In this document: piece after piece, positions 36,878-47,331 of the stretch
How positions within the stretch are numbered: the first letter of the stretch is position 1
How the letters are laid out: each line of letters begins with the position of its first letter
Origin: Polyangiales bacterium
GTDB lineage: Bacteria; Myxococcota_A; Polyangia; Polyangiales; Polyangiaceae
Direction of reading: 5' to 3'
DNA length: 64,000 nucleotides
Assembly (NCBI GenBank): GCA_038231275.1
Contig: JBBRLQ010000001.1
Location: 192,001-256,000 of the forward strand
Notes under the pieces: model-generated
What the model saw: only the letters and a program-made list of their open reading frames with translations
What the model was told of the DNA's origin: nothing
Databases searched by the model: none
Position numbers and translations under genes: made by a program

Positions 36878-36903
36878 CCGCCCCTCGGCGCTCCGTTTTC
36901 ATC

Positions 36904-36954
36904 CGCGGGACGGGTGCTTTAGCTCTAAAGCACCACGTCCCGCGTGCCTTTTTT
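36904..36954 (+). terminator. Rho-independent terminator
   Basis: CGCGGGACG-GGTGCTTTAG-CT-CTAAAGCACC-A-CGTCCCGCG then TGCC and T6. Confidence 0.75.
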
Positions 36955-37006
36955 GTCCGGGGGGCGGTGTCGCGGCCACTTTGCTCGTGCTAGCTTCCCC
37001 GCCCCC

Positions 37007-38167
37007 ATGAGCATGACCACCCCCGATCCGAAGAACGCCCCTCCCCAGCAAGCTCCGAGCGGCGCGGGCGGGCCTGGCATCACCCTCACCGGCGGCGCGG
37101 CGATCCTCGCGCCGATCACGTCGTTCCCCAACGGCGTGCCGAGCAACGCGATGGTGCTCATCCCGCTCGGCCCCAACGGCGCGCCGATCGAGAAGGAGAT
37201 CGTGAACGGCCCCGTCGCGATCCAGGTCGACGAAGTGTGGAAGCTCCTCGGCTTCAACGGCCCCGCGATCCAGGTGCAAGACGATCAGGGTCGGCCGATC
37301 GCGATCGGCCTCGAGGATCTCCTCGCCGGTCTCGAGAAGCACTGGACCGACGGCCAAGACGATCTCGGCCGCGGCCGCGTCTTCGCGCAGGAGCTGATGA
37401 AGTACCAGCGCTGGGCGAAGGCGGAGGGCGTGCTCGCCAAGATCGTCGCGCTCGGCGGCGACGGCGAGGACTGGCTCGCGCTCGGCGTCACGCAGCTCAA
37501 TCAAGAGAAGCTCGACAAGGCGGAGGCGACGCTCAAGGGCGCGCAGAACCTCCTCAAGGAGAACCCGTTCCCGTCGCTCCACCTCGCGAAGCTCTTCAAG
37601 GCGAAGAAGGACGCGAAGCAGGAGCGCGAGTGTGTCGAGCGCGCGATCCAGATCGAGCCGAACAGCGTCGACGCGTGGGCGTACCTGACCAACTTCTTCA
37701 AGGAGCAGGTCAACGAGGACGCTGCGGTGAAGCTGATCGAGGAGCTCGCGAGCGCGCCGGTCAACGCGAAGACCGCGGCGCCGTACGTGGCGCTGCAGGG
37801 CTTCTTCGCGAACGACGAGAAGACGCGCGACAAGGCGATCACGTTCGCCAAGAAGGCCGTCGACCGCGCGCCGACCGATCCGCTCGCGCTCCTCTGCTTG
37901 TCGGCGCTCTACGGCCAGAGCGGCAAGCTCGACGAGGTCATCAAGACGCTCGCACCGCACGAGGCCGTCATGCAGCGCGACGTTCGCCTCGCGCACAACT
38001 ACTTCGAGGCGCTCTTCCAGTCGCGTGACATGCCGAAGATCACCGCGCTCCTCAACAAGCTGGCGACGTCGCCGGTGCGCGAGGTGAAGCAGTTCGCGAT
38101 CGAGCGCTCGCGCGCCATCTCGCAGATGCTCCAGCAGCAGCAGCAGGCGCTCGCGGCGGCGAAGTGA
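37007..38167 (+). CDS. tetratricopeptide-repeat protein
   Basis: Helical repeats such as ERAIQIEPNSVDAW and KKAVDRAPTDPLAL; strong codon bias. Confidence 0.82.
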   Translation: MSMTTPDPKNAPPQQAPSGAGGPGITLTGGAAILAPITSFPNGVPSNAMVLIPLGPNGAPIEKEIVNGPVAIQVDEVWKLLGFNGPAIQVQDDQGRPIAIGLEDLLAGLEKHWTDGQDDLGRGRVFAQELMKYQRWAKAEGVLAKIVALGGDGEDWLALGVTQLNQEKLDKAEATLKGAQNLLKENPFPSLHLAKLFKAKKDAKQERECVERAIQIEPNSVDAWAYLTNFFKEQVNEDAAVKLIEELASAPVNAKTAAPYVALQGFFANDEKTRDKAITFAKKAVDRAPTDPLALLCLSALYGQSGKLDEVIKTLAPHEAVMQRDVRLAHNYFEALFQSRDMPKITALLNKLATSPVREVKQFAIERSRAISQMLQQQQQALAAAK

Positions 38168-38235
38168 GCCTGTAGGCAACGAACGCTGAGCGTCCCACGT
38201 GCGCAAATGCGCACGGTTCGGGATGCGACGGAGGG

Positions 38236-38274
38236 AGAGGCGAGGCCGGAAACGGGCCGTCGCCTCTTTTTTTT
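38236..38274 (+). terminator. Rho-independent terminator
   Basis: AGAGGCGA-GGCC-GGAAACG-GGCC-G-TCGCCTCT running into a T8 tract. Confidence 0.8.
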
Positions 38275-38291
38275 GGTTATCCTATGAGGAA

Positions 38292-39914
<1,623 letters not shown>

Positions 39915-39924
39915 CCTCGGCAGG

Positions 39925-40821
39925 ATGATCTCGTCACGCCTCCGCGCCTCCGCTGCGCTCGCCGTCGCCATCGTCGTCGCGAGCCCGATCGCGCGCGCCG
40001 ACGAGAAGCGGGACCAGAAGGATGCCTGCGTCGCCGCGTACGAGAAGGCGCAGCAGCTCCGGATGGATGCCAAGCTGCGCGCCGCGAAGGAGCAGCTCGT
40101 CGTGTGCTCGCGACCCGAGTGCCCGGTCATCGTTCGGCAAGATTGCGCGCAGTGGATGGGGGAGGTGAGCGCGAGCTTGCCGTCCGTCGTGGTCGCCGCG
40201 CGCGACACCGGCGGCCACGATGTGATCGACGTGCGCGTCACCCTGGACGGCGTCGTCGTCGCCGAGCGCCTCGACGGAAAGCCCATCGCCGTCGACCCGG
40301 GACCCCACAAGCTCCGGTACGAGACGCGCGGAAAGCCGCCGGTCGAAGAGCAAGTGCTCGTGCGCGAAGGCGAGCGCAACCGCCCGCTCAACGTCACCTT
40401 CGCGCCGGCGCCGGGCACGGCCACGCCCGCCTCCGCCCGGGACGCGCGCACCGACGCGACGGCCGCGCGCGACACTCCGCCCGAGACGCCGAGCTCGCCC
40501 GTCTTCCCGATCGTCCTCGTTGGCGTCGGCGCGGTGGCCCTCGGCGCGGCTCTATTCTTCGATCTGAAGGGCAACGGCGACGCGCGCACGCTGCGCGACG
40601 TGTGCGCGCCCAACTGCAGGCAGCCCGAGGTGGACGCCGTACAAGCAAAGTACACCGCAGCGCTGGTCTCGCTCGGGGTGGGCGTTGTCGCGGTCGGAGT
40701 CGGCGTCACGATGCTGCTCCTCCGCCCCGCGGCGCCACAAAAGACCTCTGCGCGAGGCTGGACCTTCGACGTCGCGCCGGCTCGCGGCGGCGCCACCGCG
40801 GTCGTCGGCGCCTCGTTTTAG
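39925..40821 (+). CDS. PEGA-domain exported protein
   Basis: Signal peptide; Cys-containing helical domain; VTLDG...VDPGPHKL PEGA; two hydrophobic segments; C-terminal Phe. Confidence 0.78.
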   Translation: MISSRLRASAALAVAIVVASPIARADEKRDQKDACVAAYEKAQQLRMDAKLRAAKEQLVVCSRPECPVIVRQDCAQWMGEVSASLPSVVVAARDTGGHDVIDVRVTLDGVVVAERLDGKPIAVDPGPHKLRYETRGKPPVEEQVLVREGERNRPLNVTFAPAPGTATPASARDARTDATAARDTPPETPSSPVFPIVLVGVGAVALGAALFFDLKGNGDARTLRDVCAPNCRQPEVDAVQAKYTAALVSLGVGVVAVGVGVTMLLLRPAAPQKTSARGWTFDVAPARGGATAVVGASF

Positions 40822-40855
40822 TCGAGAGCCAACGGCCCCGCCTTCGACGGACCCC

Positions 40856-41850
40856 TTATTTTCGGCGCAAAAGAGCCAAAAAGAGCGGGCCGCCGAGGAG
40901 CGCGGTGACGGCGCCGACGGGTGGCTCGGTGTGGAGCCACCGGAAGAGCATGCGGCTCGCCAGATCGCACACGACGAGGACCGCGCCGCCCAAGAGGAGC
41001 GACGCGGGGAGGAGCGCGCGGTTGTCGGGCCCGAAGAGGCGGCGCAGGGCGTGGGGGACGATGAGGCCGATGAAGCCGATGAGGCCGGTGACGCTGACGA
41101 TCGCGCCGGTCACGAGCGAGCACGCGATGAAGACGCGACGCTCGAGCGCGCGAACGTCGACGCCGAGGTGCGATGCCTGCTCGTCGCCGAGCGCGAGGAG
41201 GTTGAGGCGCCCCGCGTCGCGAAGGAGCATCGCGCCGCCGATCGCGACGTAGAACGTCACCATCGCGAGCGACGCCCGCGACGGCACGTCGAGGAAGCCC
41301 ATGAGCCAGAAGAGGAGCTCCTGCGCCTTGCTCGCGGAGACGAGCGTCTTGAGGAACGTGATCGCCGCCGAGGCGATGGCGTTCACGACGACGCCGGCGA
41401 GGAGCATGCTCGTCGAGGCCGCTCCACGGCTCGCGCGCGCCAGGGCGTACACGAACGCCGTCGCCGCCATGCCACCGCCGAGCGCCGCGAGCGGGACGAT
41501 CGATGCGCCGAGCAGCGTCGTGCCGGCGACGCCGAGGAGGAGCGCGCACGTCGCGCCGAGCGCGGCGCCGCCGGACACGCCGAGGACGTACGGCTCCGCG
41601 AGGGGATTGCGCAGCACCGCCTGGAACGCCGCACCTGCGATCGCGAGGCCGCCGCCGGCCACCGCGCCGAGGAGGACGCGCGGCAAGCGGACGCCCACGA
41701 GGATGATGCGATCGAGCGACTCCGGATCGCCCCACGCGCGCGCGATGGAGACCGGCTCGGTTCCCCACGCGACCCCCACGGCGATCGCGACGAGCAGCGA
41801 CGCGGCGGGCACGACGATGCGGAGCCAAGCCGCGCGCGGCATCTGCCCCA

Positions 41851-41851
<1 letters not shown>
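40856..41851 (-). CDS. FecCD/BtuC family ABC transporter permease
   Basis: RLPRV, RNPLAEPYVLGVSGGA, LGDEQASHLGV, GLIGFIGLIVPH, PVGAVTALLGGP. Confidence 0.93.
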
Positions 41852-42618
<767 letters not shown>

Positions 42619-42651
42619 GGCCCGTCGAGACTAGCCTAACCCGGCGCCAAA

Positions 42652-45327
42652 CTACTCGACGACGCGCACGTCGCGCACGACGTCGCCTTGCGCCACCGCG
42701 GACCAGTCTCCCTCCGCGCGGCCGACGCGGGCGAACTCGCCGTCGAGGTGAGGGTAGCGCGCGAGGGTGACGAAAATTTGGCTCGAGCCGGTGTCGCGGC
42801 CCGCGAGCGCGATGCCGACGTCGAGCGGACCGAACGCGACGGGCGACGTCTCGTCGCGAAGGAGCGTGCCGGCGCCTCCGTAACCGTCGCCGCCAGGATC
42901 GCCGAGCTGCACGACGAACCCGTGCACCACACGGTGAACGACGATGCCCTTGAAAAAGCCCGCGCGCGAGAGCTCGACGAGGTGGGTCGCCGTCACGGGC
43001 GCGAGGTCCGGCTCGACGACGATCGCGAGCTCGCCGGCGTCGGTCTGGAAGACGATCTTCGTCGGGCGCGTGACGAGACGAGCGAGCTCGGGGGCCGCGG
43101 CGCCTGCGGGCTCGGGCGGTCCGCATACGGGCGCGTCGTCACCGAGCGCGCGGAGCGCTTTGACCGCGCGGTCGCGCATCGTCACGTTGACGTCCTTGCA
43201 CGCGAGCGCCGCGGCCTCGCGCGCGCCGGGGATGCGAACGGCGACGGCGGCGTCGAGGAGGTTCGCGCGCGTCTCTACGAGATCCTCGGGCCACTTGAAC
43301 GCCAGCGCGTCCTTCAGCGCGCGAGCGATCGCAGGGTCGACGTCGCGCGCTGGGTTCGCCGTGGGGGGCGGCGCGCGCGGATCGAGCGCCGCGCGCTTCT
43401 CGCTCTCGGCCAGCGTCATCACGCGATCGGGGTGGGCCTGCACGACCGCAGCCGCCGTCGCGACGAGCCCGGCCATCTTCGAAGCGAGCGCCTCCGCGAG
43501 CGCCGCGCGCCCGACGTCTCCGAGCTCGCCGTGGAGCGAGAACGCATCCACCGCGTCCTCGCGCACGCGCAGATTCTTGGTACGCGCGAGGACCTTCCAT
43601 GCCGCGCGACGCTCGCCGATGAGCGGCCTTCGCACGAGCGCCGCGAGACGCGCCTTCTCCCACGCCTCGCTGCCCTCGGCGTCGCATTTCTTGAGGACGT
43701 CGGCGTCGAACGCCGCGCGCGCGAGGGCGAGCGCCGCGGTGCATCGTAGCTCCGCGAGCCTTCGCGCGAGCGGCTCAGGGGCGGTCCCCGGAGCTTCGAG
43801 GTGCGCGAGGGCCACCAGCGCAGGCTCTCCCTTCTTGGCGGGACCTTCGGCGAGCGCCCCGGCGAGCGCGGACAGGACCCCGTATTCTCCCGCGCCGAGC
43901 GCGCCGATCGCGAACGGATCTCTGTCCGGCACGAGCCGACCGAGCGCGTCGGCGATGCCGGCTTGGCCCGCGTCGCCGAGGAGGCCCAACGCGCGCGCCG
44001 CTTCTTCGCGCTCGGCCAGCGTGAAGGCGCGATCGGTGACGACCTTCACGAGCTCCGGCGCCGCGTCTTTGCCCGTTCGTCCGAGCGCGCGCACCGCGAA
44101 GATGCGCGGCGGCCCTGGGCGCGCCAGGAGAGCACGCGCCGCGTCGATTGCGCGCGCCACGAACGCTTCGTTCACGTGCTCCATGCGCCCGAGCGGATAG
44201 ATCGCGACCTCGAGCGGTGCGCCGTGCTTGCCCTCGGCGGCCTCGAGGAGCGACGTCATCGTCTCCGCGGCGAGCGCGCCACGCTTTGCCGCGAGATCGC
44301 CGAGGGCGAACGCCGCGCGATCGGCCCAGCTCCCTTGCGCGCGCACCCACGCGGCGAGGACGGGCTCCGACGACGGCGCGCCGCATCGCCCGACTGCGCG
44401 CGCGATCGCCGTTCGCAGATCGATCTCGACGCTCCCGCGCGCGCCGGCGTCGGCGGCACCGGCGTCACCGTCCACGAGGCCCGTCGCGCGCGCCACGAGG
44501 GCGCGGACGTGCGCTTCTTCGCGCCCCTTGCATGTGCGACCAAGACCGTACGCCGCCCACGCGGCGACCTCCTCGTCCTCGTCGACCAGCGCGCGCGCGA
44601 GCAGCTCGGCGCTCGCGTCGTCGGCGATGCGCGCGAGGGCACGAACCGCGCTCCGTCGCATCTTGGGATCGTGGCTCGTACGCGCGAGCTCTGCGACATC
44701 CTTCGCGCGCCTTTGATCCGCGGCGCGCGCGAGGACCGAGAGCTCCAGCCCCTCGAGGGGAGCGCCGCCATCGACGCTCGCGTCTGCGGCCAGCGAAGAC
44801 CCCGTCGGCTTCGGACACGCCGACAGCGCCACGACGAACGCGACCGGGAGGATCGACGCGACGCGCTCGCGCCCCCATCGGTAGACGCGCCGCACGAGCG
44901 ACGTCGGAGCCTCGTCGGCCGGCACCGGAACGACGCGCAACCCCTGGCGAGCAAAGAGCGCCGCCGCGCGTTGCATGTGCCACGCGCACGTCGAGAGGAG
45001 GACCTCGTCGGCGCCGAGCTCGCGGAGGAGCCTCGCCGAGAGACGGGCGTTCTGACGCGTCGAGGCGCTTCGCCGCTCCCGGAGGATGGAGCCAGGTGGG
45101 ACACCCAGGCAGATCAGCTCCTCGGCCAGCCCGTCCGCCTCCGTCAGGCCACTCCAGACCGAGCCACCGGACACCACGACCCTGATCTCGCCCTCACCGC
45201 GTTCCAGGGCCGAAAAATACGCGCGCGCGCCCGCTGCGGCCCGTCGGGCGGCCGCGCCGACGAGCCTGGACTCGGGGTTCCGGCGAATCACACACCCCAG
45301 GACCACGACCGCCGCCGTCCTACGCAT
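42652..45327 (-). CDS. fusion: YdcF/DUF218 domain + HEAT repeats + cyclophilin-type peptidyl-prolyl isomerase
   Basis: VVVSGG, ERRSASTRQNA, STCAWHMQRA (DUF218); HEAT repeats; APVT, HRVVHGFVVQLGDP, SQIFVT, HLDG (cyclophilin). Confidence 0.85.
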   Translation of the reverse strand: MRRTAAVVVLGCVIRRNPESRLVGAAARRAAAGARAYFSALERGEGEIRVVVSGGSVWSGLTEADGLAEELICLGVPPGSILRERRSASTRQNARLSARLLRELGADEVLLSTCAWHMQRAAALFARQGLRVVPVPADEAPTSLVRRVYRWGRERVASILPVAFVVALSACPKPTGSSLAADASVDGGAPLEGLELSVLARAADQRRAKDVAELARTSHDPKMRRSAVRALARIADDASAELLARALVDEDEEVAAWAAYGLGRTCKGREEAHVRALVARATGLVDGDAGAADAGARGSVEIDLRTAIARAVGRCGAPSSEPVLAAWVRAQGSWADRAAFALGDLAAKRGALAAETMTSLLEAAEGKHGAPLEVAIYPLGRMEHVNEAFVARAIDAARALLARPGPPRIFAVRALGRTGKDAAPELVKVVTDRAFTLAEREEAARALGLLGDAGQAGIADALGRLVPDRDPFAIGALGAGEYGVLSALAGALAEGPAKKGEPALVALAHLEAPGTAPEPLARRLAELRCTAALALARAAFDADVLKKCDAEGSEAWEKARLAALVRRPLIGERRAAWKVLARTKNLRVREDAVDAFSLHGELGDVGRAALAEALASKMAGLVATAAAVVQAHPDRVMTLAESEKRAALDPRAPPPTANPARDVDPAIARALKDALAFKWPEDLVETRANLLDAAVAVRIPGAREAAALACKDVNVTMRDRAVKALRALGDDAPVCGPPEPAGAAAPELARLVTRPTKIVFQTDAGELAIVVEPDLAPVTATHLVELSRAGFFKGIVVHRVVHGFVVQLGDPGGDGYGGAGTLLRDETSPVAFGPLDVGIALAGRDTGSSQIFVTLARYPHLDGEFARVGRAEGDWSAVAQGDVVRDVRVVE

Positions 45328-45377
45328 GGGCCCCACACTAGCCCATCGGCGCCCGGGTCTGATAAGACGGAAAAACG

Positions 45378-46223
45378 ATGCGGATCCAGTTCTGGGGCGT
45401 GCGCGGAAGCATCCCGACTCCGGGACCCGACACAGTCCACTTCGGCGGAAACACGAGCTGCGTCGAGGTCCGCGCGGGGGACAAGCTCCTCATCTTCGAC
45501 GGCGGCACCGGCCTGCGCCTCCTCGGCAAGCAGCTCGTGCAGCAGATGCCGCTCGAGGCGCACATCTTTTTCAGCCACGTCCACTGGGATCACATCCAGG
45601 GCTTTCCGTTCTTCGATCCGGCGTTCGTCTCGGGAAACCGCATCCACCTCTACGGCGGCAACAACGTCTCGCGCACGCTCGAGGAGACGCTGGCCGGGCA
45701 GATGGATCATCCGAATTTCCCGGTCCACCTGACGGACATGGGCGCCAAGATGAATTTTCACGATCTCCACGAGGGGCAGGCGCTCCGCCTCGACGACGGC
45801 AAGTCACCGAAGATCTCGATCACGACCGCGCGCGGCAACCACCCGAACGGCGTCTGGGCGTACCGCGTCGAGTTCGGCGGCAAGAGCTTCGTCTACGCGA
45901 CGGACACCGAGCACTACCCCGACAAGATCGATCCGGGCCTCTTGAACCTCGCGAAGGACGTCGACGTCCTCGTCTACGACGCGCAGTACACGCCCGACGA
46001 GTACAAGGGCATCGCCGGGACCGGCGGCTCGAAGGTCGGCTGGGGCCACAGCACGTACACCGAAGCGGTGAAGCTCGCGGCCGCCGCGAAGGCGAAGCAG
46101 CTCATCTTGTTTCACCACGACCCACTGCAGAGCGACGACCAGGTGCGCGAGAAGGAGCGGAAGACGCGCGAGCTCTTCCCGAACAGCAGCGCCGCGTTCG
46201 AGGGGCTCGTCATCGACCTCTGA
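45378..46223 (+). CDS. MBL-fold metallo-hydrolase (RNase Z/phosphodiesterase-like)
   Basis: FWGVRGSIP, GGNTSCVEV, HVHWDHIQG, TDTEH, WGHS, FHHDP. Confidence 0.92.
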   Translation: MRIQFWGVRGSIPTPGPDTVHFGGNTSCVEVRAGDKLLIFDGGTGLRLLGKQLVQQMPLEAHIFFSHVHWDHIQGFPFFDPAFVSGNRIHLYGGNNVSRTLEETLAGQMDHPNFPVHLTDMGAKMNFHDLHEGQALRLDDGKSPKISITTARGNHPNGVWAYRVEFGGKSFVYATDTEHYPDKIDPGLLNLAKDVDVLVYDAQYTPDEYKGIAGTGGSKVGWGHSTYTEAVKLAAAAKAKQLILFHHDPLQSDDQVREKERKTRELFPNSSAAFEGLVIDL

Positions 46224-46362
46224 TCCGGTCGGAGCGCCTCCCGCGCGGAAGAAAAACGCGCTTCGCGAAAATGTTGCGGCGGCCCCACCGAGAGGTCGAC
46301 GTGGTTGCGCGCTTCGGAGGCCATTAGGGGCGCCTGCTGCGATTTCCAGCCTCTTTTTCGCG

Positions 46363-46378
46363 TGGCATCGCCGATGCA
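46363..46378 (+). promoter_or_regulatory. sigma54 (-24/-12) promoter
   Basis: TGGCATCGCCGATGCA (GG-N10-GC), 71 nt upstream of the sigma-factor ATG. Confidence 0.65.
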
Positions 46379-46449
46379 ATAGGCGCTCGTAGCTGCTCCC
46401 GATGCCGGCGTGACGCCGGAGTCGTTGCGGGAGAGCGTGGAGGTTTGCC

Positions 46450-47268
46450 ATGGGCTCGTACGACGAGGTGGCCTCGCTACGTGCATACCGCGGGTCGCTC
46501 TCCCATATCGCGCCGCTCTCGCGCGAGGACGAGCGGGAGCTGGCGCGACGCTGGAGCAAGGGGGACAAGAAGGCCGGAGACGCGCTCGTGCGAGGGTGCC
46601 TGCCGTTCGTGGTGTCGATCGCGCTCGAGTACCGGCGCTGGGGCGTTCCGCTCGAGGACATCGTCCAACAAGGCAACCTCGGGCTTCTTCGCGCCGCCGC
46701 GAAATTCGATCTCTCGAAGGAGTGCCGCCTCGCGACCTACGCCGCGTACTGGATCCGCGCGGAGATCCGCGAGTTCGTCGTCCGCGCCTACCGCGTCGTG
46801 CGGCTCGGCACCACGAAGAATGAGCGGCGCGCGCTGCGCCTCTACCGAACGTCGCAAGACACGAGCGCCGAGACGCTGGCAAAGGAGTCGGGCCTCAGCA
46901 TCGAACGCGTGCAGCAGCTCTTGCCGATCCTCGCCGCGCGCGAGACCAGCCTCGACGCGAACACGAACGGCGCGCCGGCGGTCGGCGAGCGACTCGTCGC
47001 GGCCGGACAGAGCCCGGAGGAAGAGGTCGGCGGCAAGGAAGCCACGGCGCGCGCACAGGCGGCCGTGAGCGCGGCGCTGGGCGTCCTCAACGCGCGCGAG
47101 CGGCTCATCGTCGAGGAGCGCATCATGGCAGAGGACCCCGCGACGCTTCAGGAGCTCGGGGTGCGCCTCGGCGTCAGCAAGGAGCGTGTTCGTCAGCTCG
47201 AGGAGCGGGCCTACGGGAAGCTTCGATCGACGCTCGGGCCCGTTCGCGAGCTCGCCCAAGCGGGCTGA
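46450..47268 (+). CDS. RpoH/sigma32-family RNA polymerase sigma factor
   Basis: DIVQQGNLGL, RLATYAAYWIRAEI, VVRLGTT, TLQELGVRLGVSKERVRQLE; SD GGAGG. Confidence 0.92.
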   Translation: MGSYDEVASLRAYRGSLSHIAPLSREDERELARRWSKGDKKAGDALVRGCLPFVVSIALEYRRWGVPLEDIVQQGNLGLLRAAAKFDLSKECRLATYAAYWIRAEIREFVVRAYRVVRLGTTKNERRALRLYRTSQDTSAETLAKESGLSIERVQQLLPILAARETSLDANTNGAPAVGERLVAAGQSPEEEVGGKEATARAQAAVSAALGVLNARERLIVEERIMAEDPATLQELGVRLGVSKERVRQLEERAYGKLRSTLGPVRELAQAG

Positions 47269-47331
47269 TCCGCCCCGCACCGCGCAGAAACTGCCCCCCG
47301 CCCACCCGGGCTGCTACGCTTCTTCGTCCGT

